A stretch of 64,000 bases of DNA from Tubulanus polymorphus (Eukaryota > Animalia > Nemertea): the NCBI RefSeq assembly GCF_964204645.1, contig NC_134036.1, forward strand, positions 4,804,600 through 4,868,599, read 5' to 3'. Positions 36,906 through 52,039 of this stretch are shown here, piece by piece. Each line of letters starts with the position of its first letter. Within the stretch, counting starts at the first letter, position 1. The position numbers were made by a program, and so were the translations under genes. Below the pieces are notes generated by a model, which saw only the letters and a program-made list of their open reading frames with translations, was not told the origin of the DNA and did no database searches.

Positions 36906-39900
36906 ATGTTGTTCGGTATGGAGCAGCGACTGAGAGCGCTGTTTATAGCGTCGCTGATCGTCTGTCAAGTTCGCATCGCGCGCGCTGATCGCGCAGACTC
37001 TATCGAGGAATCGTCTGTGACGGTAAGTTCCTCTTGTAACAACACGTGGTACCCGCTAGATTCTACGTCCGGTTACATCGTTTCGCCGAATTACCCGTCG
37101 TTAACGCGCGGTGTTGAATGCCGTTGGTTCATCAACAGTTCTTTACCGGGAACTGTTCGCATCCAAGTTTACTACGATATCGAGCCGTCAATATTCTGTA
37201 GTGATAACTATCTTCTCGTCTACGAGTCTGAAAATAGATTGTGCGGTGATGGAAAACATGAAATCCACCGTATAGATTCGATCTCGTTGATGTTTATGAG
37301 TGATGTCGATGGTGCGCGAGGTAGTCGGGTTTATGTCACATATCGTTATGAACGAAATCATTTGTCAATCAGTCACGATTGCCCCAAATCTCTCCGATTG
37401 AACGCATTACAAACATCGATAGGATACAAATATCATATAAGCTATTTGCCTACATGTAAATTGTTTTTGGACTGGGTGGGGATGCCGGATGGTTTTGGTC
37501 TGAACTTGACTTTAAGTGAGCTAAGTTTGAAAGTAAGACCGGGCGCTAATCCAGCGACAGCTGTTAAAATTCACAATGGATGGAAAAGCAGCAGTGAACC
37601 AATAGGCCTCATACGGGAACAAACCGGTCATCCGCCTTCATCATTTTATACCGATACAAATAAAGCCGTCATATCATTGCTTTATCGGGGAGTGCGATTT
37701 CAGTCGCAGCTTTTAGTTCAGACGTACAAAATATCGGATTGGAACGTCTCTAATCCGTTGATTCAGATCTCTAATAACGAGTCGGTTGTGCTCATTCCCG
37801 ATGACAACAGTTTACACGTAATAACTCGATCAAAACACTTACACTGCTGGTCTATCACAGTGCAGGTGTTACAGTACGTCGTCTTTAACTGGACACGTGA
37901 TCTCGTCACATCCGGTGACGTCATCGGTGTATATAAACTAGAAGGGTTACGCGTTGTGGGAACTGATATTTTACTCGGTTACAACTACCTGAAATCACTG
38001 AGTAGTAAATCTGATGGATTTCTCGTCATACTGTGCGTTCTGAAAGCAATGGTTCACGGGTATGTGAGATTTGAAATAAACTATAAAATTGAATCTATTC
38101 CGATGATTGATATAAAGGTCAACAATCTTGAGGTGAGTGTTACCTGTGAATTTATGTTACCCCGTATCTCACCACAAATCCCGTATTTCACCACGAATTC
38201 TTCTGATATACTTGAAATATTGGCTAACTCTAGGTACCGGTGAACCGAATGTGGTTTATGAAGCAAGACTCGCTGTTCACAAAACGAAATAAAGGTTCGG
38301 TGAATTATCGCGTCACTAGATACGAGTTCAAATCGAAAGTTGATATCTATGAAGAGGATATGGAACTTACAGTTTTATCAGAGAACTGCGAGCGAGCGGG
38401 ATTTTACATATACGACGGTGGTAATTTCACGGCTAGACGATACGGTCCGTATTGTCCTCGTTTATGGATATACGATCGTAACGTCGTCAGTCTGATTTCA
38501 TCAGGTGGATCGGTCACTGTAGTAGGATACGCTTATAACTGGGATGATCAGTTAACAGTCGGTGAGAGATCATATCTCAGATTCCGTCCAACCGACTGTG
38601 ACGGATATGTTTTAAAGGAAGGAGAATATCAGATCAATATGACGTCACACTGTCTCGTGATAACACCCGAAAACCGACGCCTTCCTTTGAGGAAAATTCA
38701 TATATTATCAGAACACGAATATCAAATTGACCGATGTTTTCAAGATTCTTTATCATTATTCAGGTCTTGTAGCATGTACATGAAATCAAGTCGTCAGTTA
38801 CTTAATAACAGTCTCGTATTAAACACCGTGAAAGTTCAGTTCACGAATCCGTTCTGGTTTAATCCTTTATTGATTAAACTACGACGTAAATGTAAACGAT
38901 CCAAGAAAGTTGACGTATATGGTGGTATCAACCAGGCACCACGGAATGATAATTGCGGAATCATTCAGTCACAAAACTACCCGGGATCAGCAGGGCACAC
39001 CAGGGAAGCATTAAGATATAGTTTTCTGCATAAGAATTTTCAGCGAATTCGATATTACAGATTTGTAATAAAATATATTGAAATGATTCGATGTGAGAAA
39101 TCACATCCGTGGGACAAGGATCAAATTGTAATAACACAATCCATTGTTAGTGATACAACTAGCGGTCAAAGACATCGACACGAAAATAGAATATGTGACA
39201 ATAACGCGATACCGGGACTTGTGTTTTATAGTTTAAGACATGAGAACCTCATGTTTGAGGTGAAAAATTACATACCTACATTTCAAATACAATACCTATT
39301 AGAAGAGTCGTTACCGGTAAAACAGTTTGAAAATGTCTGTCAATCGGGATTTCTAGATTCTGAATTTTCCTGCGTTAAATACATCAGAGATGAACGTCTG
39401 AATTGGGAGAATGCTGAATTGTACTGTAGACAGAAGTACGCGGGACATCTACTCAGTATCAACTCACAACAGGAAATGATTTCTATTAAAAGATTATTTG
39501 CTACAAAGCTTCTTCCAAAAGCATATTCACAGAGAGCGCTCATAATGATGATTGGATTAAAACTGCAAGTAAGTCATAAAATAAGTCATATGAAAGTTTT
39601 TATATAAGAATTTGATATTATGTTTAATCACATGTTTGCAACTTAATTATTCAGTCCGTTTCTGGTTATTACACGTGGACTGACGGGAAACCATTGAGCT
39701 ACACAGAGTGGTATAAACCTACAAACAACGACACGATACCAGACGTTATTCAAGGATTGATATCTCCTCTTAGAAAACAACCGATAAATGATGTCAATAT
39801 GCCGTGTACAGCGATGATACTGAATAATCCACGAGGATCAGCGAACTGGGTTCGATTCCCCTGCGAAATTGAAGAGGTTCACACGAGTTTCATTTGCGAA

Positions 39901-42894
39901 ACTGAAAGAATTGATATCGAAAATAGAACAGCAACAATGTTGAACATAACCAAAAACGACACATTTCTGATACGGGAAGATACATTTCAAGATATTAATT
40001 TCAATGAATCGAGCTGTACGATTGGTTTAGTAAGCATAGACAGACAATGCTATCTCTTACTAACGGACTGGAACACACATCGAGGTCTTGATATAAAAAC
40101 TGCGACAGAGATGTGTAATGGCGTACGGGCCGAAGTAGGTAGTGTAAACATTAATATTGAAAAAGATATCTTAAATTTGATAACAGCATTTCAATATGAA
40201 CATCAATATAGCTCTATACTAACGATAAGGTCTAATGACAGACTGCAAGTTATAAACCCAATAATCACCAGAGATGAAATAACTTATATTCAATCAGTTA
40301 AATGGATGATGAAACATTTTGATAATGCGACAGATACAGCGCATTCTGTTTTGTGTTCTTACAATGTAAATGCAGCTTCTATAAGCGGTTGTAAATCGTG
40401 GCAGTTTAAATGTAACGATCAAAGGTGTATCAGCGATCGTCGCGTATGTGATACCAGACAAGAATGTCGACACGGTGAAGATGAACTTAATTGTACGGAT
40501 ATAAATTTACACAGTCAGTTTCAATGCGATGATGGTCAGGTGATATCAATAAGTGGATTCTGTGATTTCATACAGGATTGTGTGGATGGTTCGGATGAGG
40601 AATCTTGTTTTCATCCCCCGTGTTTGTCTGTACGATTTCGCTGCAAAAGTGGTCAATGTATCAGTAGGTCAAGTAGATGTGATGGAGTCACTGATTGTAA
40701 AGACGGATCAGATGAAATTGGATGCACGACTGAAATGTGTCAGGGGTTCCTGTGTAACAGTGGAGACTGTATTAGTTCTAAATTTTATCAGGATGGTGTC
40801 GTGGATTGTAGTGGAAGCCTCGAAGAAGATGAATTAGTAACAACTACTAATGTAACAGTGAATCCTACTGTTCAGTGCAATAATGAAAACTACTGCACAT
40901 CTAACTTCACCAATCTCTGTACGGAATCAGATGAACAAAGATGTTCTTTCAATTCTCCTCACTGTTATTCAAGACGTCACAGATGTATTCTAGAAAGAAT
41001 GACGAATGGTTTCCCAGTTTGTAGAAATCTCGAGCACGTTTTGAGATGTGAAGAATTTGAATGTCCAGCAGGTACTGTAAAATGTCCAGCATCATACTGT
41101 ATACCGATCAGACAGGTGTGCGATGGTCAATCAGATTGTCCTAATTCAGAAGATGAACAAAACTGCGAGACATTTTCTTGTCCTGGAATGTTTAAATGTG
41201 GTCAGGAAAATCGGTGTATTCCCCAATCTGAAGTTTGTGACGGTTTCGTCAACTGTAAACATACAAATGATGACGAGGCTTTCTGTAATGTCACGTGTAA
41301 GAAGGGCTGTAGATGTCAAGGTCATTTGATTGATTGTGCGAATGCTCGTTTAAAAGATGTAACTGGTCTTTTCTCGACATCAAGTCGAGTTTTAATTCTG
41401 TCGAATAACAGAATTATTCTGAGCGAGTCGACGTTTTCTTTATTCGTTTATCTTCGAATGCTCAACATCTCCTTCAATGAATTGTCTCATATTTTACCGA
41501 ACTCGTTCACAAACCTGCATAATTTACATACATTAGATCTTACGTGCAACAACATAACATCATTATCCACAAACACATTCATCGGGTTGTATAATTTAAA
41601 AGAGTTATTGATATCTGAAAATCCACTACGCCATTTAGACGACTGTACCTTTCAAGATTTAATGTCATTACAATTTCTGGACCTTCAAGGGCTTTCGCTA
41701 TTGCTGCTTGGTAGAAATGTGTTTAGAGGTTTATCTACATTACAGTCGCTAAATATCAGCAGTAATAGAATCCATCATATTTCACGATATGCTTTTTCAG
41801 GATTAAATGAACTTAGAATTCTCGATATCACCAACAACTCTAAATTTATTTTGACTGAGACAGGCGTTTTCGATAATCTAACATCATTAGTCTCGTTAAC
41901 GTCTGATGCTTACAAATTTTGCTGCATGGCTCCGAATGTTGACCAGTGCCTTCCCGAAGCTGATGAATTTTCCTCCTGTTCTGATCTGATGGGTAACACA
42001 GTCCTCAGAGCTATCGTCTGGGTGATCGCTTCATTTAGTTTCTTCGGGAACAGTATCGTCATTTTATTTCGTTTTCGATCAATTCGACTTTCATCCTCCG
42101 AGAAACGTAACACATCTTCTGACATCTTAATCATCAATATCGCAGCTTGTGATTTTCTCATGTCGATTTATTTGTTTTCGATCGCGGGTGCAGATTATAT
42201 TTATAAAGGAGATTATTTCCTAAATTCTGAAACTTGGACGGATAGTTCATTGTGTAGTTTCGCCGGAATCACAGTGACTATTTCTTGTGAAGGCTCATTG
42301 ACGTTTCTATTTATTCTAACACGGCATAGATTCTCGAATATCGTTAACCCATTTTCTGGAAGCCCGATTACATCACCGAGATATGTGTCCATTATTTGTG
42401 GCGTGTGTTGGGTTATTATAAGTACAATCTCTATAATACCGCTGTCACAATTATCTTATTTCGGTATTAAATTCTACGGTACTACTGGAGTTTGTTTACC
42501 TATGAATTTAATATCAATTGATGTCAACGGCTGGCAATATTCATTCGTTATTTTTGCGGTATTCAACTCATTCATACTCGCTACGATAATGGCGACTTAT
42601 GCGCAAATGTACAGACTCGTATCTGGAAGCAGGTCTGGTTCGGGTAGAATGGACCCTACTGAACTAGTTTTAGCACGCAGGAGTTTGGTGATAAATCTGT
42701 GTAATTTATTTTGCTGGCTGCCGTTAATTATCGTTCAGTTTTGCGCGGTATTACGGGTAGAAATACCGAATCAGGTGGCGGCTTGGCTGGCGGTTCTTTT
42801 CTTACCGATCAACTCGTCCCTCAATCCCCTTCTTTACACAATTCTGACCATCGATATGAAATCCATACGAGCAAAAACAAAACGCTTACGTTAA
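36906..42894 (+). CDS. GRL101-like CUB/CTL/LDLa/LRR GPCR copy 4, ~1933 aa
   Basis: Exons 36906-38132, 38234-39568, 39655-42894; introns 101 and 86 nt, phase 0; frame open. Confidence 0.92.
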
Positions 42895-44567
42895 TAAATG
42901 TTTTAAACGGTCTAAACGCATTGATCCGGCAAATACTATCGGGTTGTCCTATTTAAGCTCAAGAGTAGTTTTCATTTTGATTATTCGTTCATAAAGTTCA
43001 TACATTTCACCCAAAATCATGCCCTCTCTGCAAGACGCGATGGAAACTATAGAAAATATTGGAATTTTAAACATGATATTGATTTCTCAAAAACCTGAGC
43101 GAACGAAGTTATCAGAATATTTCTGAAATATAATCGTGGGTATTAACGACACGTGGAAACGATGGAACCGAAAATTTATTTAGAATTGGATAAGAAATGT
43201 GGTGCGAATATCAAATTGCCCAAAATTACCGCGAGTTGTTGAAACTGTAATTTTTTGTTTTTCTTGCTAATTCAGGTTCATGAAAATAAAAGATGAATTG
43301 ACCTCGAAAATACTCGGCGCGTCATTAGAGTTGTTAAAATTCTAAGGCGTCACGTTTGAAACATATAGCTTAATCTTTTCTTTCATTTCTTAATATAAGA
43401 TAGCGAATATTTTGTTTTCTCTTTAAGATATCAATCGAATGCGGAATTTTAGTTAAAAAATAATGATTCTTTTAACAAAGTGCGAGGGAGTAGAGAATAG
43501 ATTTCTATATCGCAAACACTTTCTTTTCGGATTCATCAATTTGACCGTACGTACGAGTAACGTTAAGATAATAAATAGGTCAAGAGATTTTAGGGCGTTT
43601 TCAACCAGTGTTGTTTATAAGTAACGGTAAATTGCATTTTTATAGGAAATCGATTTTTGCCCAGAATCGAGCTACCCACTCGCCAGTCGTCAACTGGTGG
43701 ATCTGTCTTTCAATTACGAATAAATGTTAATACAGCCTACGAAGTATTTTACAGAATTGAATTCGATTGGAGAATGTTTACGCTGAAAGTTACCAACTAC
43801 GTGTTTGGTCTAAAGAAAACCCAGACGATATTGACATAAGCATCCAACTATGATATATCCTTTAGATTTCGAATTACAAACACAAACCCGCTGTTTTATT
43901 CCCGGTATGTTTGATTTGTTGGTTTAATAACACATTAATCCAATTAGCCTAACATTAAACTAACCGATCGAACGAATAAAAAGTGCAATACATATTTCAA
44001 GATCGAAAACTTCAAAACGCGGTTCGCGAATTCGCGAAAACGGCGCCTTACTAACGCGTAAAGTAACGCGCTATATACGACTGGTTTGAACTCACGCCGA
44101 TCACCGATTTTCAAAACGGTCAAAATCCTTAAACCGTGCGATACGTATAAACTGTGATTTCAAATATATTCGAAATGTCGAATTTTGTCGGAAGGTCGAG
44201 CGAATATATATTCGACGAGCTAATGAAATATCAATTTAAAAATAAAATACGTAAACGAACGACACGAAATAATTGGGATATTTTAATTGGACATGGATAT
44301 TTACCGCGCCTAAAGGAAACGTGAAACGTGAAAATTGCTGCACAGATTGATGGTAATTACTGGAGAACTCGTTCGAAAGTAATGTCAACGTTTGAAAATA
44401 TATTTGTATCCTGAATTTGCTGATTGCAGCAAATGAATAGTAAGAAATCTCAAATGCTCCATCATTTTCGGATAGAACATGAAGATAGAAAGTAATGTAA
44501 ACAACCGATCAGTGATTGAGATAACAACTTTTGAATCAGGAATGAATTCCAACGTTGTATCGTGTTG

Positions 44568-47500
44568 ATGTTGTTCGGTATGGAGCAGCGACTGAGAGCG
44601 CTGTTTATAGCGTCGCTGATCGTCTGTCAAGTTCGCATCGCGCGCGCTGATCGCGCAGACTCTATCGAGGAATCGTCTGTGACGGTAAGTTCGTCTTGTA
44701 ACAACACGTGGTACCCGCTAGATTCTACGTCCGGTTACATCGTTTCACCGAATTACCCTTCGTTAACGCGCGGTGTTGATTGTCGTTGGTTCATCAACAG
44801 TTCTTTTACGGGGACTTTTCACGTCCAAGTTTACTACGATATCGGGCTTTCAATATTCTGTAGTGATAACTACCTTCTCGTTTACGAGTCTGAAAATAGA
44901 TTGTGCGGTGTTGGAAAACATGAAATCCGCCGTAACGATTCGATCTCGTTGATGTTTAGGAGTAACGTCGATGGTGCGCGAGGTAGTCGGGTTTATGTCA
45001 TATATAGTTATGAACGAAGCCGATTGAAAATCAGTCACGACTGTTTAAGACACAATATAAGATTGGGGAGGCTAAAAGCTGAGCAGGGTTACAAATACAC
45101 CGTAGGAAAAATAATGAATTGCCAGTTATTTGTTGAATGGAGCGGCATGCCGCGAGGTTATGCGTTGAATCTAACATTTATTGATACAACTTTTAGATTC
45201 TATTATGGTTGGAAATCATTGTCGGTAACCATGAAAATACACGACGGTTGGAACACCAGCAATGAACCTTTAGCGCATATACCACACCAATCTGGACATC
45301 CAGCATCATCATTTTATACAAAAACAAACAAAGCTGTTTTGGTGTCACTGCTGACACATCTACAGTCACTGCTTTTAGTACAGACGTATAGAATATCAGA
45401 TTGGAACGTCTCTAATCCGTTGATTCAGGTCTCTAATAACGAGTCGGGAGTGATCGTTCCCGATGACAACAGTTTACACGTAATAACACGATCAAAACAC
45501 TTACACTGCTGGTCTATCACAGTGCAGGTGTTACAGTACGTCGTCTTCAACTGGACACGTGATCTCATCACATCCGGTGACGTCATCGGTGTATATAAAC
45601 AAGAAGGGTTACGCGTTGTAGGAACTGCTATTTCACTCGGTAACAACTACCTGGAATCGCTGAGTGTCAAATCTGAAGGCTTTCTCGTCATACTGTGCAT
45701 TTTGAGAGCAGGCGTCCGCAAAAATGCGAGATTTGAAATAAACTATAAGATTGAATCTATTTCGATAGATGATTTAAAGGTCATCGACCGTGAGGTGAGT
45801 ATCACCTGTGAAATAATTTTACCTCGTATTGAAATAAACTGAAATTATTAAAAATAAAAACTGTCTGATATACTCGAAATATTGGCTAAATCTAGGTACC
45901 GGTGAACCAGATGTTTTTTGAGACGCCGTTCGCGCTGTTTCCAAAACGAATGAAAATCGTTGTGAATTATCGCGTCAGTAGATATGAGTTTAAATGGAAA
46001 GTTGATATCTATGAAGAAAATATGGAACTAACAGTTTTGTCAGAGAACTGCGAGCGAGCTGGATTTTACATATACGACGGTGGTAATTTCACGGCTGGAC
46101 GATACGGTCCGTATTGTCCTCGTTTATACGCCCCGTACGACCGTAACGTCGTCAGTCTAATTACATCGGGTGGATCGGTAACTGTAGTAGAATACGCTTA
46201 TAACTGGGATGATCAGTTAACAGTCGGTAAAATATCATATCTCAGATTTCGTCCTACCGACTGTGACGGGTATGTTTTAAAGGAGGGAGAACGTCGGATC
46301 AATATGACGTCACACTGTCTCGTGATTACGCCGGAAAATCGACACCTTCCTTTGAGAAATATTAATATATTATCAGAACACGAATATCAAATTGACCGAT
46401 GTTTTCAGGATCATCTATCTTTTGGTTCTTGTAGCAGGTATCTGAGATTGAGTAGTCAGGTTCTTAATAACAGTCACGTATTAAACACTGTGAAATCACG
46501 TGTGACAAATGTATTCTGGTTATATCCCTTATTAGTTAAACTACGACGTAAATGCCAACGATCGAAGATAGTGGCAGGCGTTATTGGCCAGACACCATTG
46601 AATGATATATGCGGAATCATTCAGTCACCAAACTACCCGGTATCAGCAGGGAACACCAGGGAAACATTGACATATTATTTTCCATCAAAAAACACTCGAC
46701 AAATTCAGTATTACAGATTTGTGATAAAACATTTGGAAAAATTACGATGTGAGAAATCGCATCCGTCAGACAAGGACCCGATTTTAATAAAGCAACCCAT
46801 CACTGATACAACAAGCGATCAAACACATCAACACGAATATAGAATATGTGACGATAACGCGATACCGGGACTTGTATTCTACAGTTTAAGAGATGACAGT
46901 ATACGGATTGAGGCGAAAAATCACATACCGACATTTCAAATACTATATATGTTAGAACAGTCGATACCGATAAAACAGTTTGAAAATGTCTGTGAATCAG
47001 GATTTTTAGATTCGGGAATTTCATGCGTAAAATATATCAACGATAAACGTCTGAATTGGGAGAATGCTGAATTGTACTGTAGACTGAAGTACGCGGGACA
47101 TCTACTCAGTATCAACTCACAACAGGAAATGATTTCTATTAAAAGATTATTCGCTACAAAGCTTCTTCCAAAGGCATATTCACAGATAGCGCTCATAATG
47201 ATGATTGGATTAAAACTGCAAGTAAGTCATAAAATAAGTCATATGAAACTTTGAATATAAGAATTTGGGGTTATCTTTAATCACGTGTTTGCAACTTAAT
47301 TTTCAGCACGTTTCTAGTTATTACACGTGGACTGATGGAAAACCATTGAGCTACACAGAGTGGTATAAACCTACAAACAACGACACGATACCAGAAGTTA
47401 TTCAAGGATTGATATCTCCTCTTAGAAAACAACCGATAAATGACGTCAATATGCCGTGTACGGCGATGATACTGAATAATCCACGAGGATCAGCGAACTG

Positions 47501-50500
47501 GGTTCGATTCCCCTGCGAAATCGAAGAGGTTCACACGAGTTTCATTTGCGAAACTGAAAGATTTACCATCGAAAATAGAACAGCATCAATGTGGAATGTA
47601 ACCAAAAACGACACATTTCTGATACGGGAAAATGCATTTCAAGATATTAAATTCAATGAATCGAGCTGTACGATTGGTTTAATAAGCATAGACAGACAAT
47701 GCTATCTCTTACTAACGGACTGGAACACACATCGAGGTCTTGATATAAAAACTGCGACAGAGATGTGTAATGGCGTCCGGGCCGAAGTAGGTAGTATAAA
47801 AATTAATATTCAAAAAGATATCTTAAATTTGATAACAGCATTTCAATATGAACATCAATATAGCTCTATACTAACGATAAGGTCTAATGACAGACTGCAA
47901 GTTATAAACCCAATAATCACCAGAGATGAAATTACTTATATTCAATCAGTTAAATGGATGATGAAACATTTTGATAATGCGACAGATACAGCGCATTCTG
48001 TTTTGTGTTCATACAATGTAACTGATGAAGAGTTAACTTCTATAAGCGGTTGTAAATCGTGGCAGTTTAAATGTAACGATCAAAGATGTATCAGCGACCA
48101 TCGCGTATGTGATACCAGACACGACTGCCAACACGGTGGAGATGAACTCAATTGTACGGATATAAATTTCCACAGTCAGTTTCAATGCTATGATGGTCAA
48201 GTGATATCAATAAGTGGTTTCTGTGATTTCATACAGGATTGTGTGGATGGTTCTGATGAGAAATCTTGTTTTCATCCCCCGTGTTTGTCTGAACAATTTC
48301 GCTGCAAAAGTGGTCAATGTTTCAGTAGGTCAAACAGATGTGATGGAGTCACTGATTGTAAAGACGGATCAGATGAAATGGGATGCACTACTAAAATGTG
48401 CCAGGGGTTCCTGTGTAACAGTGGAGACTGTATTAGTTCTCAGTTGTATCAGGATGGTGTCGTGGATTGTAGTGGAAGCCTCGAAGAAGATGAATTAGTA
48501 ACGGCGACTAATGTTACAGTGAATCCTACTGTTCAATGCAATAATGAAAACTACTGCACAACTAACTTCACAAATCTCTGTACGCAATCAGATGAACAAA
48601 GATGTTCTTTCAATTCTCCTCATTGTTATTCAAGACATCACAGATGTATTCTAGAAAGAATGTCAAATGGTTTCCCAGTTTGTAGAAATCTTGAGCACGT
48701 ACTGAGATGTGAAGAATTTGAATGTCCAGCTGGTACTGTAAAATGTCCAGCATCGTACTGTATACCGATCAGACAGGTGTGCGATGGTCAATCAGATTGT
48801 CCTAATTTAGAAGATGAACAAAACTGCGAGACATTTTCTTGTCCTGGAATGTTTAAATGTGGTCAGGAAAATCGGTGTATTCCCCAATCTGAAGTTTGTG
48901 ACGGTTTCGTCAACTGTAAACATACAAATGATGACGAGGCTTTCTGTAATGTCACGTGTGAGAAGGGCTGTAGATGTCAAGGTCATTTGATTGATTGTGC
49001 GAATGCTCGTTTAAAAGATGTAACTGGTCTTTTCTCGACATCAAGTCGAGTTTTAATTCTGTCGAATAACAGAATTATTCTGAGCGAGTCGACGTTTTCA
49101 TTATTCGTTTATCTTCGAATGCTTAACATCTCTTCCAATGAATTGTCTCATATTTTACCGAACTCGTTCACAAACCTGAATAATTTACATACATTAGATC
49201 TTACATACAACAACATAACATTATTATCCACAAACACATTCATCGGGTTGTATAATTTAAAAGAGTTATTGATAACTGAAAATCCACTACGCCATTTAGA
49301 CGACAATACCTTCCAAGATTTAATGTCATTACAATTTCTGGACCTTCAAGGGGTTTCAGTTTTGCTACTTGGTAGAGATGTATTTAGAGGTTTATCTGCA
49401 TTACAGTCGTTGAATATCAGCAGTAACAGAATCCATCATATTTCACGATATGCTTTTTCAGGATTGAATGAACTTAGAATTCTCGATATCACCAACAACT
49501 CTAAATTTATTTTGACAGAAAGAGGCGTTTTCGATAATCTAACATCATTAGTCTCGTTAACGTCTGATGCTTACAAATTTTGTTGCATGGCTCCGAATGT
49601 TGACCAGTGTCTTCCTGAAGCTGATGAATTTTCCTCCTGTTCTGATCTGATGGGTAACACAATCCTCAGAGCTATCATCTGGATCATTGCTTCATTTAGT
49701 TTCTTCGCGAACAGTATCGTCATTTTATTTCGTCTTCGATCAATTAGACTTTCATCCTCCGAAAAGCGCAACACATCCTCTGACATCCTCATTATCAATA
49801 TCGCAGCTTGTGATTTTCTCATGTCGATTTATTTGTTTTCGATTGCGGGTGCAGATTATATTTATAAAGGAGATTATTTCCTAAACTCTGAAACTTGGAC
49901 GGATAGTTCATTGTGTAGTTTCGCCGGAGTCACGGTGACTATTTCTTGTGAAGGCTCGTTGACGTTTCTATTCATTCTTACACGGCAAAGATTCTCGAAT
50001 ATCGTTAACCCATTTTCTGGAAGCCCGATTAGATCACCGAGATATGTGTCGATTATTTGTGGCATGTGTTGGGTTATTATAAGCACAATCTCCATAATAC
50101 CGCTGTCACAATTATCTTATTTCGGTATTAAATTCTACGGTACTACTGGAGTTTGTTTACCTATGAATTTAATATCGATTGATGTCAACGCCTGGCAATA
50201 TTCATTCGCTATTTTTGCAGTATTCAACTCGTTCATACTCGCTACGATAATGACGACTTATGCGCAAATATACAGACTCGTATCTGGAAGCAGGACAGGT
50301 TCGGGTAGAATCGATCCTACGGAACTGGTTTTAGCACGAAGAAGTTTAGTGATAAATCTTTGTAATTTATTTTGCTGGCTGCCGTTAATTATCGTTCAGT
50401 TTTGCGCGGTATTTCGGATAGAAATACCGAATCAGGTGGCGGCTTGGCTGGCGGTTCTTTTCTTACCGATCAACTCGTCCCTCAATCCCCTTCTTTACAC

Positions 50501-50555
50501 AATACTGACTATCGATATGAAATCCATACGAGCAAAAACTAAACGCTTACGTTAA
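44568..50555 (+). CDS. GRL101-like CUB/CTL/LDLa/LRR GPCR copy 5, ~1933 aa
   Basis: Exons 44568-45794, 45896-47221, 47307-50555; introns 101 and 85 nt, phase 0; frame open. Confidence 0.92.
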
Positions 50556-52039
50556 AAAATTTTTTACAAATTCTAAACGCATTGATCCCGCTATTTAATC
50601 GGGTTGTCCTAACCTCAAGAATTGGTTGGTTTAAATTACTCAAATTCTAATAGAGACTGAAAAGATACACATTTCATCCAAAATCACCGCCCTCTCAAGA
50701 CGTGGCTAAAAATTATAGAAAACATTGGGACTTTCAATTAAGTATTGATTTCTTAAAAACCTGAGCGAAAGAAGTTATCAGAACGTTTCTGAAATATTAT
50801 TGGGCGTGGGTATTCACGACACGTGGAAATGATTGAACCGAAAATTCCTTTTTTTGAATTTGTTGAATAAGGCGTGAATATAAGCTTGTCCGAAATATTT
50901 GTGAAACGTTGGACCAGAATTTTGTTTTTGAGAAAAAAATAGTCCTTTTCACAATACGCGGGGGAGTATAGAATAGATTTCTATATCGCAAACACTTTTG
51001 TTTTGGATTCCTCACTTTGACCGTACGTACGAGTAACGTTTAGATAATAAATAGGTCAAGAGATTTTAAGGCGTTTTTCAACCAGTGTTGTTTATAAGTA
51101 ACTTAACGGTAGATTTCATTTTTATTGGAAATCGATTTTTGCCCAGACTCGAGCTACCCACTCGCCAGTCATCAACTGGTGGATCCGTCTTTCAATTACG
51201 AATAAATGTGAATACAGCCTACGAAGTATTCTACAGAACTGAATTGGATTGCGGAATGTTTACTTTGAAAGTTACCAATTATGTGCTTTGGTCTAAAGAA
51301 AACCCCAGACGAATTTGACATAACATCCAACTATGATATATCCTATCGATTTCCAATTGCAAACACGAGCCCGTTGTTTTATTCCCGGTGTGTTCGATTT
51401 GTTGGTTTTATAACACATTTATCTAATTAGCCTAACATTAAACTAAACGATAGATCGAATAAGACGGGCAATACATATTTCAAGATCGAAAACTTAAAAC
51501 CGCGGTTCGCGAATTCGCGAAAACGGTGCCTTACTAACACGTAAAGTATCGCGATTCGACTGGTCGCCAATTTAAAAAAACGGTCAAAATCCCGAAAGCT
51601 TGCGATGCGTATAAACTCCGATTCCAAATATATTCGAAATGTCGAATTTTGTCGGAAGGTCGAGCGAAAATATATATTCGACTAGCTAATGAAATATTAA
51701 TCTAAAAATAAAATTCGTAAACGAACGGAACGAAATAATTGGAATATTTTTATGTATAATTGGACATGGATATTTACCGCGCCTAATGGAAACGCGAAAC
51801 TGAAAATTGCTGCACAGATTGATGGTAATTACTGGAGAACTCGTTCGAAAGTAATGTCAACGTTTGAAAATACATTTGTATCCTGAATTTCCTGATTGCA
51901 GCAAATGAATAGTAAGAAATCTCAAATGCACCATCATTTATGGAGAAAACATGAAGATAGAAAGTTATGTGAAAAGGCGATCAGTGATTGAAATAACAAC
52001 TTTTGAATCTGGAATGAATTCCAACGTTGTGTCGTGTTG

